From contig MFNF01000027.1 of the NCBI GenBank assembly GCA_001783715.1, forward strand, positions 3,290 to 67,289: a stretch of DNA of 64,000 nucleotides, given 5' to 3'. Made by a program: the position numbers and the translations under genes. Under the pieces are notes generated by a model. The model did no database searches. It worked only from the letters and a program-made list of their open reading frames with translations, and was not told the DNA's origin. Source of the stretch: Candidatus Lambdaproteobacteria bacterium RIFOXYD2_FULL_56_26. Its GTDB lineage: Bacteria; SAR324; XYD2-FULL-50-16. Of the stretch, positions 8,415 through 17,501 are shown one piece after another (the stretch's first letter is position 1; each line of letters starts with the position of its first letter).

Positions 8415-9740
8415 TTAGGGGCCAAGGGGCAGCGCCAGGTAGATGGATTCTCCGTCTCGTTTGAGCAACAGCCGCATCCGTCCTCTGGATTTCTGCTGGG
8501 CCTTCTCGAAGTCGGCCAATTTGTTGAGCCGCAGTCCGTCCACTTCCACCAGGATGTCCCCCCGGCGGATGCCCTTTTCATAGGCCAGGGAATCCGGGTC
8601 CACCTCCACCACCAGCAGCCCGATCTTCTCCTTGATTCCCCATTCCTGGCGGAGCGTTGGGTCGATCTCAGCCAGTTGGAAGCCCAAGGGGTTGGGTTCC
8701 TCCTCGTTGGTGGCGATTTCGCTTTCCGGCCGTTTGCCCAAGGTGACGGACAGGGCAAGGGACTTGTTGGCCCGGAATACCTTTAATTTGACCACCGAGC
8801 CGGGCTTGGCTTCGGCGACGGTTTGTTGCAGTTGGGTGGTTTTGTCCACCCCTCGTCCCTCAATTTCGGTGATCACGTCCCCTTGTTTGAGTCCGCCCTT
8901 CTCTGCCGGGGAATCGGGGCCGATCGAGGTGACCACGATTCCCTTGGAATCCTTGTCCAGCCCAAAGCTCAAGGCGAGGTCCTCGTTCATCTCTTGGATG
9001 CCGATGCCCAGCCAGCCCCGCTCCACTTTGCCGGAGGTCTTGAGCTGGTCGAAGATGGTTTTTGCCAGATTGATCGGGATGGCAAAGCCCAGGCCTTGGC
9101 CCTGGGCGATGGCCGTATTGATCCCCACCACCTTGCCTTGTACGTCAAACAAAGGCCCGCCGGAGTTGCCGGGGTTGATGGCAGCATCGGTCTGCAAAAA
9201 TTGGCCATAAGCCGTTCCGCCGAAAATGTCCCGCCCCTTGGCGCTGATGATCCCCGCCGTGACGGTGTAGTCCAGGCCCAGCGGGTTGCCGATAGCCAGC
9301 ACCCAGTCCCCGACCTCCAGCTTTTCCGAATCTCCCAAAAGGACCGGTTTGAGGCCCTTGGCCTCCACCTTGATCAAGGCCAGATCGGTGATGGCATCGG
9401 TACCCACCACTTTGGCTTCATAGGTCTTGCCGTCGTAAAAGGTCACTTCGATCTTGTCGGCTCGCTCCACTACGTGGTTGTTGGTGACGATGTAGCCGTC
9501 TTCGGAAAAAACAAACCCCGAACCCAGAGCCGAGCTTTTCTTGGGCCGGGGGCCCAAAAAACGGTCCATCAAGGGGTCCCGTTGGGAACCCTTGGGTCCC
9601 GGCGGGGTGACCGAAGAGGTGGAGATGTGCACCACCTTGGTTCGTTCGGACCGGACGATGGGAGCAAAGCTTTCCATGCCCCAGGCAAAGGGGGCGGCGC
9701 AAACAAAGAGACTCAAGGCCAGCAGGCAATTCCTAAACAT
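8415..9740 (-). CDS. htrA: Periplasmic serine endoprotease DegP/DegQ/HtrA family with two PDZ domains.
   Basis: Signal peptide MFRNCLLALSLFVCAAPFAWG and the trypsin-fold catalytic triad context (TNNHVV, GNSGGPLF). The start is chosen at the internal Met at 9740, which overlaps the stop of the upstream small gene (TGATG). The track ORF extends to 9869. Confidence 0.85.
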   Translation of the reverse strand: MFRNCLLALSLFVCAAPFAWGMESFAPIVRSERTKVVHISTSSVTPPGPKGSQRDPLMDRFLGPRPKKSSALGSGFVFSEDGYIVTNNHVVERADKIEVTFYDGKTYEAKVVGTDAITDLALIKVEAKGLKPVLLGDSEKLEVGDWVLAIGNPLGLDYTVTAGIISAKGRDIFGGTAYGQFLQTDAAINPGNSGGPLFDVQGKVVGINTAIAQGQGLGFAIPINLAKTIFDQLKTSGKVERGWLGIGIQEMNEDLALSFGLDKDSKGIVVTSIGPDSPAEKGGLKQGDVITEIEGRGVDKTTQLQQTVAEAKPGSVVKLKVFRANKSLALSVTLGKRPESEIATNEEEPNPLGFQLAEIDPTLRQEWGIKEKIGLLVVEVDPDSLAYEKGIRRGDILVEVDGLRLNKLADFEKAQQKSRGRMRLLLKRDGESIYLALPLGP

Positions 9741-10021
9741 CAATCCTCGTCTGAAAAGAGATCTTCGGCATCCGACTCGGCCACAAAAACCTTGAAACCG
9801 TATTCCCTCAAGCCCCGCAGCCGGGGGTCCTTTTTTTGGTTGGCCAAGCCGCATTTGGCGCAGGTGCAATGGATGTTGTGGGTCTTTTGGTATTTTTTGA
9901 GCCTCATTTGGGTCAGGTCTTTTCCTTCCTTCTCCAGGTCGAGCAGGAGCTTTTCGATCTCCTTCATCGCCTTTTTCAAGATCAATTCCCGTTTGGCCGG
10001 AGAATCCTTTTTGAACATCAT
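9740..10021 (-). CDS. Small hypothetical protein (93 aa) with a CxC...CxxC putative zinc-ribbon, translationally coupled to htrA.
   Basis: HCTCAKCG motif. Its start overlaps the ubiA-family stop by 4 nt and its stop overlaps the htrA start. Confidence 0.45.
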   Translation of the reverse strand: MMFKKDSPAKRELILKKAMKEIEKLLLDLEKEGKDLTQMRLKKYQKTHNIHCTCAKCGLANQKKDPRLRGLREYGFKVFVAESDAEDLFSDED

Positions 10022-10911
10022 GGGGCCAACAGTCGCAAAAGTTTTTCCCCCAACAGGGCTACAAACAAGGTGGTGCTGATCCAGCCGTTGAGGTTAAAGG
10101 CCAAGTTGACCTTGGAAAGGTCGCCTTTGCCGATCAGGCCGTGTTCGTAAAGAAGCATCCCGGCCCCGGCCACCGCTCCCAGCCAGTAGGGCCAAAGGAG
10201 CCCCAGGTGCAGACCCAAAAAAAACCAAAGCCCGATGCAGCCCAGGTGCAGCAGCCTGGCCACCCACAAGGCCCCGGTCACCCCCAAGCGGGCGGGGATC
10301 GAGGAGAGCCCTTCTTGGAGGTCGAAGTCTCGGTCCTGCAATGCGTAAAGAATGTCAAACCCGGCAATCCAGGTCATCACCGAAAGACCCAGGACCAAGG
10401 GGGCCAAGGCGAGTTCTCCGGTGATGGCAATCCAAGCGGCAATGGGGCTCGTCCCGATCGCCAGACCCAAAAACAGGTGGCACCAAGCGGTAAAACGTTT
10501 GGTGTAAGAATAAAAGGAAACCAGAAAAATGGCAACGGGACTGAGCGCAAACGCCAAGGGGTTGAGCAGATAGGCACAAAGGACCAGGACGGCGTAGCTG
10601 GCAAAAATCATCCCCACCATCACCGGCACCGAGACCTCGCCGGTCACCGAAGGCCGCAGGGCGGTCCGGGGGTTCTTGCGGTCAAAGTGACGGTCCACCA
10701 GACGGTTGAAGCCCATCGCTCCGGTCCGGGCTCCGCCCATGGCCACCACCACCAACAGGAGCATCCAGCCCCCTTCCCGCCAGCTTTGGGGCGGGGCGAC
10801 CGCCAACCCCAAAACCGCACCCATCAGGGCGAAGGGCAGGGCAAACACCGTGTGGGAGAACTTGATCAGTTCCAAGAACTTGACCACTCCTTGGGCCGTC
10901 CCGGCGGCCAT
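10018..10911 (-). CDS. UbiA-family aromatic prenyltransferase (4-hydroxybenzoate polyprenyltransferase-like; could be MqnP of the futalosine pathway).
   Basis: 297 aa polytopic membrane protein with NRLVDRHFDRKNPRT and a second D-rich motif (YALQDRDFD). ATGA overlap with the hslU stop at 10911. Confidence 0.75.
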   Translation of the reverse strand: MAAGTAQGVVKFLELIKFSHTVFALPFALMGAVLGLAVAPPQSWREGGWMLLLVVVAMGGARTGAMGFNRLVDRHFDRKNPRTALRPSVTGEVSVPVMVGMIFASYAVLVLCAYLLNPLAFALSPVAIFLVSFYSYTKRFTAWCHLFLGLAIGTSPIAAWIAITGELALAPLVLGLSVMTWIAGFDILYALQDRDFDLQEGLSSIPARLGVTGALWVARLLHLGCIGLWFFLGLHLGLLWPYWLGAVAGAGMLLYEHGLIGKGDLSKVNLAFNLNGWISTTLFVALLGEKLLRLLAP

Positions 10912-12260
10912 CAGAGGATGTACCGAGAAAGGTCCCGGTTGGCGGCGATGTCCGCCAGACGGTCTTTGACGTATTGGGCGGTGATCAAGATGGTCTGGTT
11001 GGGCAGCTCGGGGGCCGAGAAACTGACCTCTTCCAAAAGCTTTTCCAAAATGGCGTGGAGCCTTCGGGCTCCGATGTTTTCGGCCTGATCGTTGACCAGG
11101 GTCGCCAACTCGGCCAGCTCTTCCACTGCCTCGGGGGCAAACTCCAGCTGCACCCCTTCTGTCTTCAAAAGCTCGACATACTGCAAGACCAAGCTGTTTT
11201 GGGGCTCGGTCAGGATGCGGACAAAGTCTTCCTTTTTGAGGCTTTCCAGCTCGACCCGAATCGGGAAACGGCCTTGCAGCTCGGGGATCAGGTCGCTGGG
11301 TTTGGAGACGTGGAAGGCACCGGCGGCGATAAAAAGGATGTGGTCGGTTTGGATGGGGCCGTACTTGGTGTTGACCCGACTGCCTTCGATGATCGGCAGC
11401 AGGTCCCGCTGCACCCCTTCTCGGCTCACTTCTCCTTGGTTGCCGCTGCCTGCCTTGGAGGCGATTTTGTCGATCTCGTCGATAAAAACAATCCCGGTGT
11501 TTTCGACCCGGGTGATCACCTCAAAGCCCAGGTCCTCTTGGTCGATCAACCGTTCCGATTCTTCCTGGCTGAAGATTTTGCGGGCTTCGGCGACGGTGGC
11601 CTTGCGGTTTTTGGCCTGCCGGGGCATGAACTTGCTCATGATGTCCTTGAGGTTCATGTCCATCGAGTCATTGCCGGTGACCGGGAACAACTCGATCGAG
11701 GCCCCCAGATTGGGCCGCTCCACTTGGATCTCCAGGATTTTGTCTTCCAGCTCTCCCTTTTCCAACTTGTGCCGGAAGCTTTCCCGTAGGGCCGAACCGT
11801 CCCGGAAGCTGCCTTCGGTGTGGGGGCTCAAGTTTTGGGGCGGGACCAAAAGGTCGAGCAGCCGCTCAGTGGTGGCGGCAGCGGCCTTTTCCTTGACCGC
11901 CTCCATCCGCTCGGCCTTGATTTGGGCCACGGCGATTTCCGCCAGATCCCGGATGATCGACTCCACATCCCGGCCTACGTAACCCACTTCGGTAAACTTG
12001 CTGGCCTCGACTTTGAGGAACGGTGCTCCTTCCAGCTTGGCGATTCTCCGGGCGATTTCGGTTTTGCCGACCCCGGTGGGGCCGATCATGATGATGTTTT
12101 TGGGGCTGATCTCCTCCCTCAGTTCCTCGGGCACCTGCATCCGCCGCCAGCGGTTGCGCAGGGCGATGGCGACACTTTTTTTCGCTGCCTTTTGGCCAAC
12201 AATGTACCGGTCCAAAAATTCGACCGTTTCTCTGGGGGTCCGTTCCTGGGTGTGTTTCAC
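10911..12260 (-). CDS. hslU: ATP-dependent protease ATPase subunit HslU.
   Basis: Walker [16 protein letters not shown] and typical HslU N- and C-termini. The track ORF runs to 12308 (TTG). I prefer the GTG at 12260, which gives [11 protein letters not shown] matching HslU N-termini and a GTGA overlap with the hslV stop. Confidence 0.9.
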   Translation of the reverse strand: MKHTQERTPRETVEFLDRYIVGQKAAKKSVAIALRNRWRRMQVPEELREEISPKNIIMIGPTGVGKTEIARRIAKLEGAPFLKVEASKFTEVGYVGRDVESIIRDLAEIAVAQIKAERMEAVKEKAAAATTERLLDLLVPPQNLSPHTEGSFRDGSALRESFRHKLEKGELEDKILEIQVERPNLGASIELFPVTGNDSMDMNLKDIMSKFMPRQAKNRKATVAEARKIFSQEESERLIDQEDLGFEVITRVENTGIVFIDEIDKIASKAGSGNQGEVSREGVQRDLLPIIEGSRVNTKYGPIQTDHILFIAAGAFHVSKPSDLIPELQGRFPIRVELESLKKEDFVRILTEPQNSLVLQYVELLKTEGVQLEFAPEAVEELAELATLVNDQAENIGARRLHAILEKLLEEVSFSAPELPNQTILITAQYVKDRLADIAANRDLSRYIL

Positions 12261-12784
12261 TTGGAGTCGATCTCTAGGGTCTGGAATTGGTTGTTGGAGT
12301 AGATACAAATTTCCGAAGCCACCGTCATGGATTCCTTGACGATTTCGGCGGCCGAAAGGTCGGTATTGCGGATCAGAGCCCGGGCCGCAGAAAGGGCGAA
12401 GGCCCCTCCCGAGCCGATCGAAAGGATCCCATCATCAGGCTCGATCACGTCTCCATTGCCCGAGATGATCAGGCTTTTGTTTTCGTCAGCCACCGCCAGG
12501 AGCGCTTCGAGGTTACGCAGCATCTTGTTGGTCCGCCAGTCTTTGGCCAGTTCCACCGCCGCCCGCAAAAGGTTGCCGTGGTATTCCTCCAGCTTGCCGT
12601 CAAACTTCTCGAACAAGGTAAAGGCATCGGCGGTACTCCCGGCAAACCCGGCCAGGACCTTTCCGTTGTAGGTGCTACGGAGTTTTTTGGCGGTCCCCTT
12701 CATCACCTGGTTGCCCAAGGTTACCTGCCCGTCTCCGGCCATCACCAGCTTGCCCTTTCGGCGTACACAAAGAATGGTTGTCAT
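12257..12784 (-). CDS. hslV: ATP-dependent protease subunit HslV.
   Basis: 175 aa with an N-terminal MTTIL...AGDGQVT threonine-protease motif and GSGG segments. Confidence 0.9.
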   Translation of the reverse strand: MTTILCVRRKGKLVMAGDGQVTLGNQVMKGTAKKLRSTYNGKVLAGFAGSTADAFTLFEKFDGKLEEYHGNLLRAAVELAKDWRTNKMLRNLEALLAVADENKSLIISGNGDVIEPDDGILSIGSGGAFALSAARALIRNTDLSAAEIVKESMTVASEICIYSNNQFQTLEIDSK

Positions 12785-13413
12785 GGTTCTCCTGGATTGG
12801 ACACCGAAAGTTTCCCCTGGCCCAACAAAAAGACCTCGCTGGATTCCTTCCTGGAACTTTTGGGTTTAAAGGGCTTGACCTTGGTGTACTCGGTTTTCAT
12901 TTGTTTGAGCAAGGGCTCGAATGCCGGGCCGTGGAAAACTTTGATCAAACAGTCCCCCCCGGTTTTCAGCCACCTTCTGGCCACCCAAAGGGCCATCTGG
13001 TTGAGCCCCAAGACCCGGGCCCCATCGGTCGCCTTGTGCCCGGTGGTGCTGGGGGCCATGTCCGAAAGGACCAGATCAAAAGGCACGCCGTAGGGGGCCA
13101 AGGTTTCCAGGTCCAAGGAAAGGATGTCCTGGTGCAAAAAAGCTTGGTTGGGGCCTAAGCCCATCTCCAGGTTTTGGATGTCGATCCCCAACACCTTTCC
13201 TTTTGGCCCCACCCGCTTGGCGGTGTACTGCATCCAGGAACCGGGGAAGCAACCCAGGTCCAGGACACAAAAACCGGGCCGGATCAGCCCTTGTTTCTGG
13301 TCGATCTCTTCGAGCTTGTAGGCCGAACGGGCTACGTAACCTTCGGTTTTGGCCTTTTTGAAGTAATGGTCTTGGACTTCCTTCACCGCTCCCCTGCCTT
13401 GGCACCTTGCCAC
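12781..13413 (-). CDS. rlmE: 23S rRNA (uridine-2'-O)-methyltransferase RlmE/FtsJ.
   Basis: [13 protein letters not shown] motif and an SAM-binding [10 protein letters not shown] motif. ATGA overlap with hslV. Confidence 0.8.
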   Translation of the reverse strand: MARCQGRGAVKEVQDHYFKKAKTEGYVARSAYKLEEIDQKQGLIRPGFCVLDLGCFPGSWMQYTAKRVGPKGKVLGIDIQNLEMGLGPNQAFLHQDILSLDLETLAPYGVPFDLVLSDMAPSTTGHKATDGARVLGLNQMALWVARRWLKTGGDCLIKVFHGPAFEPLLKQMKTEYTKVKPFKPKSSRKESSEVFLLGQGKLSVSNPGEP

Positions 13414-14147
13414 AGCGCTTCCATTTGGTTGAGGTCCAAGGTTTGGCCCTGGGCCTTGGCCGCCTCGATACCCGATTCCACCTGTTCAAACCGACGGATA
13501 AACTTGTTGTTGCTTTGCTGCAACGCCAGCTCTGGGTTGATCTTGCACTTGCGGGCCAAACTGACCACCGAAGCCAGCAGGTCGCCGATCTCCGATTCCA
13601 AGGCCACCTTGTCACCCTTTTTTAACTCCACCTCCACTTCGGCCAATTCCTCTTTGATCTTGTCCAGCACTCCGTCCGTGTTCGGCCAATCAAAACCCAG
13701 CTTGGCCGCCCGTTCGCCGATTTTTTTGGCCCGCAAGAGGGCCGGTTTGGCCTTGGGGATGTCCGCAAAAAGCTTGGGGGTTTGTTTCTCTTGGGCTTTG
13801 ATTTGGTCCCACTGGCGGGTCAATTGGTCCTGGTTTTGGTCTTTGGCCGCCGGGCCGAAGACATGGGGGTGCCTACGGATCATCTTTTTACTGATCCCTT
13901 GGATCACCTCTTCGATCCCAAAGCGGCCCTCCTCCTTGGCAATCTGGGCATGAAGCACCACCTGCAAGAGCAGGTCTCCCAGTTCATCGGCCAAGTCCTG
14001 TCCCAGCCGTGCCTCTTGGACCTCCTCAATCACTTCGTAGGCCTCCTCCAAGAGGTAGGGCAAAAGGCTCAGGTGGCTTTGCTCCTTGTCCCAAGGGCAG
14101 CCATCCGGGCCTCTGAGTTGGGCGACAATCTCGATCAATCGGTTCAT
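13383..14147 (-). CDS. mazG: Nucleoside triphosphate pyrophosphohydrolase MazG.
   Basis: Tandem MazG domains (CPWDKEQSH..., EEAYEVIE, a second E-x-x-E-L-G-D-L-L repeat). 31-nt overlap with rlmE. Confidence 0.8.
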   Translation of the reverse strand: MNRLIEIVAQLRGPDGCPWDKEQSHLSLLPYLLEEAYEVIEEVQEARLGQDLADELGDLLLQVVLHAQIAKEEGRFGIEEVIQGISKKMIRRHPHVFGPAAKDQNQDQLTRQWDQIKAQEKQTPKLFADIPKAKPALLRAKKIGERAAKLGFDWPNTDGVLDKIKEELAEVEVELKKGDKVALESEIGDLLASVVSLARKCKINPELALQQSNNKFIRRFEQVESGIEAAKAQGQTLDLNQMEALWQGAKAGER

Positions 14148-14276
14148 GGGGTCTCGTTGGGGGGCCTAAAACATTGGTCTCCATTTTGGGGTATGGGCGG
14201 AGCCTTGTCAATCCACAGCCCTTGCCAGGAGCCGCCGGATTGCCTAGATTGGGATTTTTATCTTTGGAGAACCCCT

Positions 14277-15155
14277 ATGTCCCCATTGGTTTCGGTGATC
14301 ATGCCGGCCTACCAATCCGAAGAATTCCTCTTGGATGCCATGGCCTCGGTGCTCAACCAGAGCCACCGGGAACTGGAGCTGATCCTGGTCAACGACGGAG
14401 CCAAGGACCGGACTTTGGAGCTGGCCTTGTCGGTCAAAGACCCAAGGGTGAGGGTGATCGACCAACCCAACCAAGGCCCGGCTGGGGCGAGAAACAAGGG
14501 GCTGGAGCTGGCCCAGGGGAGCTGGGTGGCCTTTTTGGATGCCGACGACCTATGGCTGCCCCAAAAGCTGGAACTCCAGCTTGCGGCGGCGGCGGGACGG
14601 GAGGTGATGGTCTATTCGGACTACCAGATGTTCCAAGGGGACCAGGAATCCAGCCCCAAGTCCTTCACCTTTTGCCCTTGGTTTGAACGACAGGGGGACT
14701 TGTACCGCCAGTTGATCCAGCACAATTTTGTGGGCACCTTGACGGTCCTTTTGCCCAAGGCGGTGGTGGACCGGGTGGGCCGGTTCAACCAAGACCTCTT
14801 TGGCCCGGAGGATTGGGATTACTGGATTCGGGTGGCCAAGGAGGTCCCTTTGGTTTACCTGGACCAACCGCTGGCTCGGTACCGGCAACATGAGGCGGGG
14901 ATTTCCAAGGACTATGGAAGGTACGAACAAAGCCTGCAAAAGGTTTATGACACCTACCTGCTGACCCAGGGAACCAAAGAGGAGATCAGCTTTGGGCTGT
15001 GGCTCTTTTACCGGCACATGGCCCACGGCTTTGCCCGGCAAAAGGCGGGGCGCAAGGCGTTGCGCCTTTGGCGGCAAGCCCTCGCCTGCCGCCCTTGGGT
15101 CAAGGAAAACCTGCTCAGCCTGGGTTATGTATTGTTCAAGGGCTTTGGCCCCTGA
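14277..15155 (+). CDS. Family 2 glycosyltransferase.
   Basis: VSVIMPAYQSEEFL, VNDGAKD and FLDADD (DxD) motifs. The start is set at the internal Met of track ORF 13782..15155. The upstream part of that ORF is antisense to mazG. Confidence 0.75.
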   Translation: MSPLVSVIMPAYQSEEFLLDAMASVLNQSHRELELILVNDGAKDRTLELALSVKDPRVRVIDQPNQGPAGARNKGLELAQGSWVAFLDADDLWLPQKLELQLAAAAGREVMVYSDYQMFQGDQESSPKSFTFCPWFERQGDLYRQLIQHNFVGTLTVLLPKAVVDRVGRFNQDLFGPEDWDYWIRVAKEVPLVYLDQPLARYRQHEAGISKDYGRYEQSLQKVYDTYLLTQGTKEEISFGLWLFYRHMAHGFARQKAGRKALRLWRQALACRPWVKENLLSLGYVLFKGFGP

Positions 15156-15760
15156 AGGCCGGATTTGGCCCGTTTGCTCTTTTTGGCGGTCGGCTTTGCC
15201 ACCGGACTGAGGAAGTTCCGGTGCAGGTCCTGGCTCAGGGCCTGCCTAGAGATGCCCAGCAGACGGGCGGCCTTGGTGTGGTTGTTGTTGGTCCGGGTCA
15301 TGGCTTCCTGGATCAAGGCCACTCGGCCGGCCTTGAGGTTCAGGTCGCTCAACACCACTCCGCCGTTTTTCGAGGCTGGCGCTTGTTGGGTCAGCAGTCT
15401 TTGGCTCCGGGCGTTGGCCTGGAGCAGCAAGGAGGCGAGCCGGATCAGGTGGGCCAAAAAAGGTGCATGTCCGGGCAGTTGGAATACCAAACAATGGCGA
15501 GGCAGCTTTTTGCGGGGGCTGCGCAACGCCGCACAGATCAGGATGCGGCCCGGATAGGTCTTGGACAGACGGTTGATCAGCCCCGAATCGCTGGGGTAAA
15601 CCAAGACCGGCCCTTGGCTGTTCTCCAGCTCCGCCCCTTTCTCGGAAACCTCCCAGAGCAGTGAAAAAAGCTGTTCCCCCAACCCTTCCTTCAAAGGATC
15701 GGTCGAGCTGTTGCGGGACCGGATCAGCAGGATCGGTTCGTGGTAAGAAGCTGCATTCAT
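15125..15760 (-). CDS. Transcriptional regulator with a C-terminal Fis/NtrC-type HTH (HTH_8) and an uncharacterised N-terminal domain.
   Basis: C-terminal HTKAARLLGISRQALSQ. 211 aa. Convergently overlaps the 3' end of the GT2 gene by 31 nt. Confidence 0.5.
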   Translation of the reverse strand: MNAASYHEPILLIRSRNSSTDPLKEGLGEQLFSLLWEVSEKGAELENSQGPVLVYPSDSGLINRLSKTYPGRILICAALRSPRKKLPRHCLVFQLPGHAPFLAHLIRLASLLLQANARSQRLLTQQAPASKNGGVVLSDLNLKAGRVALIQEAMTRTNNNHTKAARLLGISRQALSQDLHRNFLSPVAKPTAKKSKRAKSGLQGPKPLNNT

Positions 15761-15885
15761 CCTTGCACCTCACATAAATTCCGCAGAAACAGCTTTTTTG
15801 ACCGGCCCCGGTCATTGGGCCCGGAAAGCTGCCGCAAAAGAATTGGGATGAAGGTAGCAGGTCCCCCAAAGACTTTCGAGGGCAT

Positions 15886-15919
15886 AAACCGGACATGGCA
15901 GGGGACAAAAACCGGACAT
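15886..15919. promoter_or_regulatory. Direct repeat AAACCGGACAT x2 (23-bp offset) in the promoter region of the HTH_8 regulator gene; candidate operator.
   Basis: AAACCGGACAT at 15886-15896 and again at 15909-15919, about 125 bp upstream of the start at 15760. Confidence 0.3.
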
Positions 15920-15959
15920 TCCTTGTAGAACAAGGACAGAAAAGGGAATTTGGGGAGGC

Positions 15960-17006
15960 TTAGGGGGAAGATTCCCGGAAAAGAGTCACCATTTTGGGGT
16001 CACTTAGCTCCTTTGCCAGCTCCCAAGCGGACACTTTGTCCCTATTTTTACCCATTGGGTCTGCACCGGCCTGCAAGAGCCGCTGGACCACCAAAGGGAA
16101 GCCCAGCCGCAAGGCCAGGTGCAGGGGCAATTCCCCCTGGGGGTCGGGCCGATTTGGGTTTGCGGGCTTGGGGGCTTGGTCGGAAAAAAGCTGGGAGACA
16201 CAGGCCACAAAGTTGGACCGAATGGCCCGAAACAGTGGCAGGTCCCCCCGGTAGTCCGGTAGGTTGGGGTTTGCCCCTTGGTTCATCAACAGGCCCAAAG
16301 GGGTGAGGTTGTTGTGGGCCGCCGCCCAGGTGAGGGCGCTCCAACCCTTTTGGTCCACCCGGTCCAGCTCGCAGCCTCGCTCCAAAAACAGGGCCACCAA
16401 GGGGGAATGATTGCGGGCCGCAGCGATGATCAAGGGGGACAGGCCTTCGGTGTCCCGGGCTTCCAGGTCGGCCTGGAGGCCCAGCAGGGTTTGGGCAAAA
16501 AACAACCTGCCCCGGTGGGCGGCCCAGTGCAGCAAGGTCCAACCGTCAGGCCCGGCATAATTGACCGCAAAATCGGGGTGGAGCAACGACAAAAAAAGGT
16601 CCTGGTCTTCCAGCTCCAAGGCCTGGAGGGCCTGGAAGTATTCTTCGGCTTCCGGTGGGGCGGTGGGGCTTTGGGGAGGCCGCTGGGGGCGCTCCCCTTT
16701 GGCCAACGATGCCGCCTCTTTGGCGTACCTGGCTTTGAGCGGGGCAGTCAGGGTGGGGTTGTCAATCAAAAGTAAAAAGTCTTCATCGGTCAACCGGGGA
16801 TCCAAAAAGCTCCAGACCTCGATTTGGAAATACCTTGCGACCTCTTCGACCCGGGTGGGATTGATCCCCTGTTGCTCCCAGCGGCGCAGGGTTTTGACGT
16901 TGAGGTTCGGGAAGTTGGGTTCGTCCAACAGGCTTTCCTGGGTGTGTCCGCCATGTTTTCGGGCCAACATGAGCCGGTAACCGGAAGGAGAGAGCTCGGA
17001 CATCAT
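15960..17006 (-). CDS. HTH (XRE-like) DNA-binding domain fused to about five ankyrin repeats.
   Basis: N-terminus LMLARKHGGHTQESLL...VKTLRRWEQQGINPTRVEEVARYFQI resembles Cro/C1-type HTH. ANK consensus is repeated (GWTLLHWAAHRG, GLSPLIIAAARNH, GWSALTWAAAHNN, GDLPLFRAIRSN, GELPLHLALRLG). Confidence 0.7.
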   Translation of the reverse strand: MMSELSPSGYRLMLARKHGGHTQESLLDEPNFPNLNVKTLRRWEQQGINPTRVEEVARYFQIEVWSFLDPRLTDEDFLLLIDNPTLTAPLKARYAKEAASLAKGERPQRPPQSPTAPPEAEEYFQALQALELEDQDLFLSLLHPDFAVNYAGPDGWTLLHWAAHRGRLFFAQTLLGLQADLEARDTEGLSPLIIAAARNHSPLVALFLERGCELDRVDQKGWSALTWAAAHNNLTPLGLLMNQGANPNLPDYRGDLPLFRAIRSNFVACVSQLFSDQAPKPANPNRPDPQGELPLHLALRLGFPLVVQRLLQAGADPMGKNRDKVSAWELAKELSDPKMVTLFRESSP

Positions 17007-17179
17007 CGGCAGGGGCTTGGTAAAGACATAAAAAAAACAACGAGAAAGTTCTCCAAAGTTAGCTTGGCTGAGGGGAAAACTGCAAGTCGTTTCCTACTTG
17101 TTTTCCCCAAAACCCGGCCCTACTTTACAACCCCAAGGGTTTCGTGAAGGATCAGGGCAAAACCCAACCGAGGAACCGG

Positions 17180-17494
17180 ATGAAAAAACGAATCCCCATC
17201 CCCCTGGGGGAGGGAAAGGAAATTTGGGTGGAGTTGGAGGAATCAGTTGATCCGAATTCGGTGGCCAGCAACCGCCCCGAATACTACAGCCGCAGCCAGC
17301 AGCTGGGCGAGGCGGTGGAGGTGATTCGGCCCTTGGTGGAGAAGATCACCAGCCCTTTGCTGGGGCTCAGCCAAAAGCCGACCCAGATTGAACTGGAATT
17401 TGCCTTCCGGTTTGGCTCGGAAGCGGAGGTGATCCTGACCCCCAGCCCTTCTGAGGCGCTGGTGAAGGTCAAGCTTTCCTTTTCCCCTCAATAG
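17180..17494 (+). CDS. Small protein resembling the trypsin-co-occurring domain 1 (Trypco1 / CU044_2847-like) family.
   Basis: The C-terminal IELEFAFRFGSEAEVILTPSPSEALVKVKLSF matches the family signature (ELEFGV.L..EAG.V......G.LKVKL.W). I prefer the start at the second Met (17180), which is preceded by gagga. The track ORF begins at GTG 17144. Confidence 0.45.
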   Translation: MKKRIPIPLGEGKEIWVELEESVDPNSVASNRPEYYSRSQQLGEAVEVIRPLVEKITSPLLGLSQKPTQIELEFAFRFGSEAEVILTPSPSEALVKVKLSFSPQ

Positions 17495-17501
17495 TTTCCC
17501 C

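Noticed and set aside
10141-12339. + strand ORFs of 270-315 aa opposite the ubiA-like and hslU genes.
   Set aside because: Antisense shadow ORFs. hslU and ubiA on the minus strand have unambiguous motifs.
17040-17075. Possible sigma-54 -24/-12 element (TGGC...TGCA) upstream of the Trypco1-like gene.
   Set aside because: The GG-to-GC spacing is about 16 nt rather than the required 12, so it does not fit the consensus.
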